Source: an uncultured Alphaproteobacteria bacterium (GTDB lineage Bacteria; Pseudomonadota; Alphaproteobacteria; HIMB59; GCA-002718135). From it: a DNA stretch of 64,000 nt. Location: assembly GCA_902571865.1 (NCBI GenBank), contig CACGDO010000001.1, positions 7,453 to 71,452 on the forward strand. The letters are read 5' to 3'. Below the pieces are notes generated by a model. The model did no database searches. It saw nothing but the letters and a program-made list of their open reading frames with translations, and was not told where the DNA came from. This document shows positions 9,831-17,869 of this stretch, piece by piece (within the stretch, counting starts at the first letter, position 1; the number at the start of each line of letters is the position of its first letter). The position numbers and the translations under genes are program-made.

Positions 9831-10898
9831 ATGATTAGAATAATAACTTTTTTATCTACTTTTTTGGTATTTGCATTTGGTTCAGCATATGCAGACCCTA
9901 AAAAAGTTGGATTTATATACATAGGTCCTCCAGGTGATCATGGTTGGACATATATGCATGATGTAGGTAGAAAATATATGGAGAGCCAACTTGGTGACTC
10001 TATTACTACTACTTATCTTGAAAATATTCCTGAAAACGCAGATGCTGTTAGAGCAATCCGAAAACTAGCAGACTCAGGACATGATTTAATATTTACAACG
10101 TCTTTCAACTATATGGATCAGACACATGAAGTAGCTAAGGATTTTCCTGATATAAAATTTGAACACGCTACTGGGTATATCCAAGCAGATAACGTTGCAA
10201 CTTATTCAGCTAGATTTTACGAAGGTAGAATGATTGAAGGGCATATTGCCGGTCATATGACTGAAACTAATACTATTGGTTATATAGCTTCATTCCCTAT
10301 TCCTGAAGTTGTAAGAGGAATTAATGCATTTTATTTAGCGGCTTCAAAAGTAAATCCAGATATCAAAATGAAAATTATTTGGGTATTTACTTGGTACGAC
10401 CCAGGTAAAGAAGCTGATGCAGCTAATACATTAATTAATCAAGGAGCTGACATAATTGTTCAGCATACTGACACATATGCTCCTTGCCAAGCTGCTCAAA
10501 AAGCGGGTGTTTATGCATTTGGTCAAGCTTCAAACCAAGAAGAATTTTGTCCTGATGCACATTTAACTTCAATTGAAGATATTTGGGGCCCTTACTATGC
10601 TGAAAGAGCAAAAGCTGTTGTGGACGGCACTTGGTCTTCTGGTGATACTTGGGATGGTATGGATAAAGGTATGGTTGTAATGTCACCATATAATACTAAA
10701 CTTATGCCAGCAAGTTTAATTCAAGAAGCAGTAAATATGGAAGTTGGAATTAAAGATGGAACTATTCATCCTTTCACGGGTCCAATTTACAATCAAGCTG
10801 GTGAGCTTGTGGTTCCTGAAGGTGAAGTAGCGCCTGATGGAATGTTACTTGGAATGAACTTTTATGTTCAAGGTATTGACGGCGAAGTACCACAATAA
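9831..10898 (+). CDS. BMP-family (PnrA/Med-like) ABC substrate-binding protein, probable purine/nucleoside binding
   Basis: 355 aa with a signal peptide (MIRIITFLSTFLVFAFGSAYA). It has a strong SD, AGGTGAGG, at 9818-9825. It is visibly richer in GC than its neighbours. Confidence 0.8.
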   Translation: MIRIITFLSTFLVFAFGSAYADPKKVGFIYIGPPGDHGWTYMHDVGRKYMESQLGDSITTTYLENIPENADAVRAIRKLADSGHDLIFTTSFNYMDQTHEVAKDFPDIKFEHATGYIQADNVATYSARFYEGRMIEGHIAGHMTETNTIGYIASFPIPEVVRGINAFYLAASKVNPDIKMKIIWVFTWYDPGKEADAANTLINQGADIIVQHTDTYAPCQAAQKAGVYAFGQASNQEEFCPDAHLTSIEDIWGPYYAERAKAVVDGTWSSGDTWDGMDKGMVVMSPYNTKLMPASLIQEAVNMEVGIKDGTIHPFTGPIYNQAGELVVPEGEVAPDGMLLGMNFYVQGIDGEVPQ

Positions 10899-10914
10899 TT
10901 AAATTTCTTATAAC

Positions 10915-10940
10915 CCTCTCTCTTTTAAAGGGAGAGGTTT
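10915..10940 (+). terminator. rho-independent terminator after the binding-protein gene
   Basis: The stem CCTCTCTC (10915-10922) pairs with GGGAGAGG (10930-10937) with one G-U pair. The loop is TTTTAAA and a T tract follows. Confidence 0.6.
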
Positions 10941-10965
10941 AATTCTTAATTTCAAAGGAAGATTT

Positions 10966-11469
10966 ATGTCTGATTTACACATTAGTTGGGACGAATATAG
11001 AAGTAAAACAGAAGATTTAGCAAAACAAATTCATAAGGATGGATGGCAATTTAATCAGGTTGTATGCATCGCAAAAGGAGGTATGAGAGTAGGGGATGTA
11101 ATGGCAAGAATATTCGATGTTCCTTTAGCAATTCTTTCTGTTGAATCATATAAAGGTGAGGGAGTAAAAAATAAAAGAGGTGCAATTACATTTTCAAGAG
11201 ATTTAGCAAAAACAAGCCCTAACATTGGATCAAAAGTTTTAATAGTAGATGATTTAGCAGACTCAGGAATTACTCTTAAAAAAAGTATTGATTGGTTAAA
11301 TCATACTTATGGTTTTTATATAGATGAACCAATAAGAACTGGAGTTTTGTTTTATAAGTCAGTATCTTCGTTTAAACCAAATTATTATGTTGATTATTTA
11401 GAAGATTCTCCTTGGATACATATGCCTTATGAGGTTTATGAAACTATGAAACCAGAAGAACTTGGTTAA
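10966..11469 (+). CDS. purine phosphoribosyltransferase, Gpt-like
   Basis: 167 aa. It has the PRPP-binding motif VLIVDDLADSGITL and a Gpt-like layout (SWDEY..., CIAKGGMRVG). Confidence 0.7.
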   Translation: MSDLHISWDEYRSKTEDLAKQIHKDGWQFNQVVCIAKGGMRVGDVMARIFDVPLAILSVESYKGEGVKNKRGAITFSRDLAKTSPNIGSKVLIVDDLADSGITLKKSIDWLNHTYGFYIDEPIRTGVLFYKSVSSFKPNYYVDYLEDSPWIHMPYEVYETMKPEELG

Positions 11470-12143
11470 AAAATTGAAGTAATTTCCTCAAACTTTTTCT
11501 TTTGTTTTGCAAACTTTGGAACTTTTATATCTTTATCTGGACGTCCAACAATAAGTAAAACAAATGGTTTTTCATTACTAGGTCTTTTCAAAATTTTATT
11601 AAGAAATGTCATTGGGCTTGGCGTGTGTGTTAACATTGCTAAGCCAGAAAAATGTAAACAAGTAATTAATATACCAGTAGCTATACCGACAGACTCTTTT
11701 ACATAATAATTTTTTATTTTCTTATTTTTTGAAACTGAAAATTTTTTCTCAAATATAGCTATTAAATAAGGTGCATTTTCAATAAATTTTTTATTTTCAT
11801 CAGTTCCTAAAGGAATTAAAGCATCTAACCATTCTTTAGGTGCTTTGTACTTATAAAAATTTTCTTCTTCTTTTTCTGCTTCTATTCTAATCTTCTTTTT
11901 TACGTTTTTATTTTTTATTACTACAAAATGCCAAGGTTGAAGATTTGCTCCACTTGGAGCTGATCCTGCAGATAAGATCGCATTTTTTATAATATTTATA
12001 TCTATTTTATCTTTTGAAAATTCACGTATGCTTCTTCTTTCTTTAATTTTATTATAAAATTTTTTTGAATTAATCTTCATTTCTTTGATAGTTTGATTTG
12101 AAAATTTTAAATCTTCAGCTATGTATTTTGTAACTTTATGCAT
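11466..12143 (-). CDS. nitroreductase-superfamily flavoprotein, IYD/BluB-like subgroup
   Basis: 225 aa. It has RRSIREF...SAGSAPSGANLQPWHFVV and an acidic lid segment EAEKEEENFYKYK. Confidence 0.7.
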   Translation of the reverse strand: MHKVTKYIAEDLKFSNQTIKEMKINSKKFYNKIKERRSIREFSKDKIDINIIKNAILSAGSAPSGANLQPWHFVVIKNKNVKKKIRIEAEKEEENFYKYKAPKEWLDALIPLGTDENKKFIENAPYLIAIFEKKFSVSKNKKIKNYYVKESVGIATGILITCLHFSGLAMLTHTPSPMTFLNKILKRPSNEKPFVLLIVGRPDKDIKVPKFAKQKKKFEEITSIF

Positions 12144-12326
12144 TGGTTAGTTATTATTGTTGGGATACTATTAATTTCTTTATCAATTAGTAATCCTCTA
12201 TACAAACTAATTATAAAAAAACGAATAAGATTTAATCTTTTTATTGAAATCCTGTTCAGGATAATAATGTTTTTAGTTAGTGTAATTATTATTTTTCTAG
12301 GTTTGTACTTAGAGAGTATTTCTTAA
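12138..12326 (+). CDS. possible small two-TM membrane protein
   Basis: A 62-aa hydrophobic ORF exactly fills a 179-bp gap between two minus-strand genes in an otherwise gap-free genome. I recognise no homology. Confidence 0.35.
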   Translation: MHWLVIIVGILLISLSISNPLYKLIIKKRIRFNLFIEILFRIIMFLVSVIIIFLGLYLESIS

Positions 12327-12655
12327 TATCTTCTTATATTTCTGTCAATTAAAGCAGCCCATGCGTCTATTCCGCCAAGTACATTAACACAATGATTATA
12401 ACCTTGTGCTTTAAGCCATTTACATACAGCTTGGCTTCTTGTACCGGTATGACACATTACAAAAATATTTTTTTTCTTATCTAATTCGGTGTATCTTTTA
12501 GCAATCTCCGAAAGTTTCATGTGTATTGTACCTTTAATATGGGCATGATCTCTCTCAGTATCTTCTCTTACATCTATAATTTGAATTTTTTTGTCATCTT
12601 GCTTGAGCTCATTTAATTGATGAACTGTAATTTCACTGCTACTGTAAAGATCCAT
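12323..12655 (-). CDS. rhodanese-domain sulfurtransferase
   Basis: 110 aa with the active-site loop CHTGTRS. Confidence 0.8.
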   Translation of the reverse strand: MDLYSSSEITVHQLNELKQDDKKIQIIDVREDTERDHAHIKGTIHMKLSEIAKRYTELDKKKNIFVMCHTGTRSQAVCKWLKAQGYNHCVNVLGGIDAWAALIDRNIRRY

Positions 12656-12764
12656 TTGATTATCTTATTATAAATACTACTAGATTTCTACTATTTTAAA
12701 TAAAATTAATTTTAAAAATTAAATTTGTTATTTCTAAGTTTTTCATATAAGAGCGCATATCATT

Positions 12765-13064
12765 ATGACTAAGAAAATAACTTTTTCAGCTTTTGGTAGA
12801 GATTCATATTATCACAGAGATTGGTTCAAAAAAAATGGTTTCAAATTCGATAGAAGTTCTAGAAAATGGACTGTAGAAAATTTACCAATAGATAATGCAG
12901 AAGAATTTGCCAGTTATTGTAGGAAATACGGTTTAACATTTGAACGATCAGATAGAATGATTACAGAATTTGATTACGCAGATTATCTCTGGGATGGAAG
13001 AAGAGATGAATTTATGAAACCTTCTGAAAATATTGAAATTCCACAACCAAAAAATAAAATCTAA
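12765..13064 (+). CDS. hypothetical protein
   Basis: A 99-aa ORF with non-low-complexity, charged and aromatic-rich sequence. I recognise no family. Confidence 0.5.
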   Translation: MTKKITFSAFGRDSYYHRDWFKKNGFKFDRSSRKWTVENLPIDNAEEFASYCRKYGLTFERSDRMITEFDYADYLWDGRRDEFMKPSENIEIPQPKNKI

Positions 13065-13067
13065 TTT

Positions 13068-13985
13068 TTGTTTAATAAATTATTATCAAATAATTTAATA
13101 CTTCTTATAATTTTAGCTGCAATTTGGGGATCTTCTTTTTTTGTTATTAAAATTTGTCTGTCTAGTTTTACACCTACAAGTATTGCTTCCTTAAGATTAA
13201 TTATAGCATCAATTTTCTTAATTATTTTATATTATTCATATAACAATCATCCTAAATTAAATCTCGATTTAGTTTTAATTCTTTCTTTTATTGGCATTAC
13301 TGGAAATTTTTTACCATTCTATCTAATTAGTTGGGCTGAACAATACATTCCTTCTTCTACTGCGGGGTTATTAATGTCGGTTGGTCCCTTAATAACATTA
13401 CTAATGTCTCATGTTTTAACTTCAGACGATAAGTTTACTTGGGTTAAATTTTTATCAATTATTATAGGTTTTGTAGGTATTATTTTTATTTTAGATATAA
13501 GTAAATTTAATTTTCAAGATGAAAACTACATTAGTACTTTAGCAAAAATTTTTGTGATTATAGCTGCATTTGGCTATATGATTTCAAATATTGCTGCTTA
13601 TAATAAATTAAAGAAATTAAGCCCTATTTCGATTACTACTTTTGCTACATTATTTGGAGCGATAATATCATTACCTTTTTTATTCTATGATTTTATTAAT
13701 TATGAGAATAATATTAATAAGATTTCTTTAATTTCTATTATTTATTTAGGTGTTTTTCCAACAGCTATTGCATTTCATATGCGCTATCATATAGTTAAAC
13801 AATCTGGTCCGGTTTTCTTGTCTTATGTTGCCTATTTAATTCCTGTTTTTGCATTAATATGGGGATTCATATTTCTTTCTGAACAAATAGTATTTAGTTC
13901 TGTAGTTGGAATTATTCTAGTTTTTATTGGTCTGTTTGTTGGGCAAAAAAAATCAATGAGTAAAATATCCGTAAAAAACATATAA
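13068..13985 (+). CDS. DMT-superfamily (EamA) transporter
   Basis: 305 aa with about 10 TM segments and two EamA-like halves. It uses a TTG start. Confidence 0.75.
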   Translation: MFNKLLSNNLILLIILAAIWGSSFFVIKICLSSFTPTSIASLRLIIASIFLIILYYSYNNHPKLNLDLVLILSFIGITGNFLPFYLISWAEQYIPSSTAGLLMSVGPLITLLMSHVLTSDDKFTWVKFLSIIIGFVGIIFILDISKFNFQDENYISTLAKIFVIIAAFGYMISNIAAYNKLKKLSPISITTFATLFGAIISLPFLFYDFINYENNINKISLISIIYLGVFPTAIAFHMRYHIVKQSGPVFLSYVAYLIPVFALIWGFIFLSEQIVFSSVVGIILVFIGLFVGQKKSMSKISVKNI

Positions 13986-14083
13986 TACTAACAAAACAGC
14001 AATAAAAATAGACACATTTTTGAAGTTAAAGTATTTCATTTATGGTTGAAATTTAATTTTTTATAGTCCAATATACTTTTATT

Positions 14084-15448
14084 ATGAGCGACTCAATTAA
14101 ATACTTACTTGAAGAAAATAAAGCACCAAAGTTTTGGTATAATATTAATGCAGACTTACCAAGTCCACCACCACCACCATTACATCCTGGAACTAAACAA
14201 CCGGCTGGTCCCGATGACTTTGCTCCTTTATTTCCAATGAGTTTAATTATGCAAGAAGTTTCTACTGAAAGAGAAATAGAAATTCCTGAGCCAGTAAGAG
14301 AAGTATACAAACAATGGAGACCTTCTCCTTTATTTAGGGCAAGAAGGTTAGAAAAGTTTTTAGATACACCAGCTAAAATTTATTACAAATATGAAGGTGT
14401 TAGTCCTACAGGAAGTCACAAACCAAATACTGCAGTTCCGCAAGCATTTTTTAATAAAGAAGAAGGAATTAGTAAAATTTTTACTGAAACGGGCGCAGGT
14501 CAGTGGGGAAGTTCATTAGCTTTTGCAGGTCAGATCTTTGGTATAGATATAGAAGTTTTCATGGTTAAGGTTAGTTTTGATCATAAACCTTACAGAAAAT
14601 TAATGATGCAATCGTTCGGCGCTAACTGTCACGCTAGTCCATCTAATTTAACTGACTTCGGTAACAAGTTATTATCAGAAAATCCTGATAACCCTGGTAG
14701 TTTGGGAATAGCTATATCAGAAGCAATAGAAGCAACTGTTAAAAGTGGAGGTAAAGCAAAATACTCACTTGGAAGTGTTTTAGGCCACGTTCTAATGCAT
14801 CAGACTATAAATGGTAATGAAGCTATTATGCAAATGGAGATGGCTGGAGATTATCCTGATATTATAGTTGGCTGTACAGGTGGTGGTAGTAATCTTTCTG
14901 GATTAATGTTTCCATTTTTAGGACAACAGTTAAGAGGTGGTCAAAAAATTGATATAATTGGTTGCGAGCCTGCATCATGTCCTTCATTTACTAAGGGTAA
15001 GTATGCTTATGATCATGGTGATATGGCAAAAATGACTCCATTAATTAAAATGCATACTCTAGGATCTGATTTCTTACCACCGGCTAATCACTCTGGTGGA
15101 TTAAGATACCATGGCATGTCTTATCATTTAAGCCACTTATATGAGTTAGGTCTGATGAGAGCAAAGGCTTACGGTCAAAAAGATTGTTTTGAAGCTGGTT
15201 TAACCTTTGCAAAACAAGAAGGAATTATTCCTGCTCCAGAAGGAAACCATGCAATCAAAGGTGCTATTGATGCAGCTTTAGAATGTAAAGAAAAAGGAGA
15301 GTCAAAAACTATTCTCTTTAATTTATGTGGCCATGGATATTTTGATATGTCAGCTTATGATGATTATCTAAATGGATCAATGGCTGATGATGTTATTGAT
15401 GATGATGGAATAGGTAAATCTATTTCTCAAATACCAGAAGTAGCGTAA
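14084..15448 (+). CDS. trpB2: TrpB2-type tryptophan synthase beta-like PLP enzyme
   Basis: 454 aa. It has the PLP-lysine motif GSHKPNTA, GAGQWGSSLA and GCTGGGSN. The N-terminal extension is typical of TrpB2. Confidence 0.8.
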   Translation: MSDSIKYLLEENKAPKFWYNINADLPSPPPPPLHPGTKQPAGPDDFAPLFPMSLIMQEVSTEREIEIPEPVREVYKQWRPSPLFRARRLEKFLDTPAKIYYKYEGVSPTGSHKPNTAVPQAFFNKEEGISKIFTETGAGQWGSSLAFAGQIFGIDIEVFMVKVSFDHKPYRKLMMQSFGANCHASPSNLTDFGNKLLSENPDNPGSLGIAISEAIEATVKSGGKAKYSLGSVLGHVLMHQTINGNEAIMQMEMAGDYPDIIVGCTGGGSNLSGLMFPFLGQQLRGGQKIDIIGCEPASCPSFTKGKYAYDHGDMAKMTPLIKMHTLGSDFLPPANHSGGLRYHGMSYHLSHLYELGLMRAKAYGQKDCFEAGLTFAKQEGIIPAPEGNHAIKGAIDAALECKEKGESKTILFNLCGHGYFDMSAYDDYLNGSMADDVIDDDGIGKSISQIPEVA

Positions 15449-15494
15449 TTTAAGTTTAAATTTTTTTTTATTTAATTAAAGGTGTTTCTTAATT

Positions 15495-16709
15495 ATGGTT
15501 GAGATTAAACCTTTTAAAGGAACACGTCCTTACAACGAAGATGCAAAAAATTTAATTGCTCCCTCTACTGATCATTTAAGTATTGAAAATATAGAAATAT
15601 TTAAAAAAAATAATTATTGGAATTATTTAAAAATCTTGAATCCTGTTGGCCAATTAAAAGAAGCAGATACTCTTTTAGAAGCAAAATCGCATTTTAATGA
15701 AATGAAAGAAAATGATGTAATTAAAAAAGATAAAGAATTATTCTATTATATTTATCAAATTGAATTTCAAGGCCATACTCAACTAGGATTTTTATCTCTT
15801 TCTAAAATCTCAGATTTTGTAGAAGAAAAAATTAAAGCTCATGAAAAAATATACGAGACAAGGATGAGAGAAAGAGCAGAGCAAATGTTAAATATAAAAA
15901 CACAAATTGGTCCTATCTATGTGGTATATAAAAAAAATAATAAGATAAAAAATTTGTTATCCTCTATTATATCAAATACTCCAGACTATGATTTTGAAAG
16001 TTTCGATAAATCTATTCACAAACTATGGTGTATTTCTGATAAATCTTTTATCGAAAACTTATCTTCTGTTTTTTTAAATGATGTAGATAATTTTTATATT
16101 GCAGATGGACATCATAGAATGGGTGCAATGAAAATTATTGGAGAATTAAATTATAATAAAAATATTCTTCAGGAAGATTTTATGATAGCAGCTTTTCCAA
16201 GTGATGAAGCTAAAATATTTGACTACAATAGAGTTGTTAAAGATTTAAATGGTTTGACTGAAGAAAAGTTTTTAGACATTCTTTCTGAAAACTTCGAAAT
16301 AAAAAATGAAAAAAATCCATTTAAACCTCAATCAAATAAACAATTTGGAATGTATCATGAAAAAAAGTGGTATTCATTGTATTTTAAAAGTGAATTAAAA
16401 ACTGATAATTTTATTGATACACTAGATATTAATATTTTAAACAATTTCATTTTCAAAAAACATTTAAATATTGTTGATGTTAATAATGATGAAAGAATAA
16501 GATTTATTGCCGGATGTCATGGTTTGGAAGCTTTAGAAAAAAAAGTTGATGAAAATAATGACAGTGTGGCATTTTCTATCTTCCCATCTTCAATAAGTGA
16601 TGTTATTACAGTTGCGAATAAAAATTTGACTATGCCCCCTAAATCAACATGGTTTGATCCAAAACCTTTAGATGGCTTAGTAGTTTATGAGTTTGAAAAA
16701 AATGTATGA
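15495..16709 (+). CDS. DUF1015-family protein (unknown function)
   Basis: 404 aa. It has the N-terminal IKPFKGTRP, an ADGHHR motif and the size typical of DUF1015. Confidence 0.7.
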   Translation: MVEIKPFKGTRPYNEDAKNLIAPSTDHLSIENIEIFKKNNYWNYLKILNPVGQLKEADTLLEAKSHFNEMKENDVIKKDKELFYYIYQIEFQGHTQLGFLSLSKISDFVEEKIKAHEKIYETRMRERAEQMLNIKTQIGPIYVVYKKNNKIKNLLSSIISNTPDYDFESFDKSIHKLWCISDKSFIENLSSVFLNDVDNFYIADGHHRMGAMKIIGELNYNKNILQEDFMIAAFPSDEAKIFDYNRVVKDLNGLTEEKFLDILSENFEIKNEKNPFKPQSNKQFGMYHEKKWYSLYFKSELKTDNFIDTLDINILNNFIFKKHLNIVDVNNDERIRFIAGCHGLEALEKKVDENNDSVAFSIFPSSISDVITVANKNLTMPPKSTWFDPKPLDGLVVYEFEKNV

Positions 16710-17869
16710 ATAAACCTAATACTAAACCTAACAATCCAAATTTTTCAAGTGGTCCAACTTCAAAAAGACCAGGCTGGGACATATCTGTTTTGAGTAATGC
16801 TTTAACTGGTAGATCTCACAGATCTGTTGAATGTAAAGCAAGATTAAAAGAAGCAATAGATAAATCTAAAGATATTCTTAAATTACCTGATGATTATTTA
16901 TTGGGTATCATGCCTGGATCAAATACTGGTGCTTTAGAAGCTGCTATGTGGTGCCTATTAGGAAAAACCGGAGTCGATATTCTTGCATGGGAAAATTTTG
17001 GTAAAGATTGGGTAATCGATGCAATCAGCGAATTAAAATTAGATAATTTAAATATTCATGAAGAAGATTATGGAAAACTACCTGACCTAAGCAATGTCAA
17101 TTTTGATAATGACGTTATTTTTACTTGGAATGGAACAACATCTGGTGTCAAAGTTCCAAATGGAGATTGGATACCTGATGACAGAAAAGGCCTAACCATT
17201 TGTGATGCTACTTCGGCAATCTTTGGTATGACTATAGATTATAATAAATGCGATGTTATAACTTGGTCTTGGCAAAAAATACTTGGAGGAGAGGCTGCTC
17301 ATGGAATGATAGCAATTTCCCCACGCGTTGTTGAAAGATTAGAAAGTTTTACACCTAGTTGGCCAGTACCAAAATTATTTAGATTAGCTGAAAACCAAAA
17401 ATTGATAAAAGGTATTTTTGAAGGAAACACAATTAATACACCTTCTATGATATGTGTTGAAGATATAATTGATTCATTAAATTGGGTTTCTTCTCAAGGA
17501 GGATTAAATTCATTAATTTCTAAATCCCAGAATTCTTTACAAAAAATTCGAGAATGGATTAATGCGAGAGATTGGGTTACTTTTTTATCTGAAATTGAAG
17601 ATGAGAATTATATTTCAAATACTGGAATAACTTTTAAAATTATTGAAGATTGGTTTACTAATAAAGATGAAAGTAGTCAAAGAGCTGTAATGGCCGATAT
17701 TTGCAAGTTACTTTCTGAAAATAATGTTGGATTTGATTGTAATGGATATCCCAAAGCACCACCCTCTTTTAGAATATGGGCTGGAGGAACTGTTCAAACT
17801 TCAGATGTAGAATTAGTTTTACCTTGGATTGATTGGGCTTATTCAGAAATTAAATCAAAACATGCCTAG
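16706..17869 (+). CDS. serC: phosphoserine aminotransferase, long alphaproteobacterial type
   Basis: 387 aa with the N-terminal PNFSSGPTSKRPGW. Its start overlaps the DUF1015 gene by 4 nt. Confidence 0.8.
   Translation: MNKPNTKPNNPNFSSGPTSKRPGWDISVLSNALTGRSHRSVECKARLKEAIDKSKDILKLPDDYLLGIMPGSNTGALEAAMWCLLGKTGVDILAWENFGKDWVIDAISELKLDNLNIHEEDYGKLPDLSNVNFDNDVIFTWNGTTSGVKVPNGDWIPDDRKGLTICDATSAIFGMTIDYNKCDVITWSWQKILGGEAAHGMIAISPRVVERLESFTPSWPVPKLFRLAENQKLIKGIFEGNTINTPSMICVEDIIDSLNWVSSQGGLNSLISKSQNSLQKIREWINARDWVTFLSEIEDENYISNTGITFKIIEDWFTNKDESSQRAVMADICKLLSENNVGFDCNGYPKAPPSFRIWAGGTVQTSDVELVLPWIDWAYSEIKSKHA

Noticed and set aside
14053-14310. 85-aa minus-strand ORF overlapping the trpB2 start. Similar short antisense ORFs lie at 5266, 6498, 7360, 9394, 10435, 17987, 25192, 26476, 29245, 33587, 33854, 37387, 44283, 45980, 46737, 47072 and 50668.
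   Set aside because: Each is embedded in, or out of frame with, a longer ORF of recognisable function. None has independent support.
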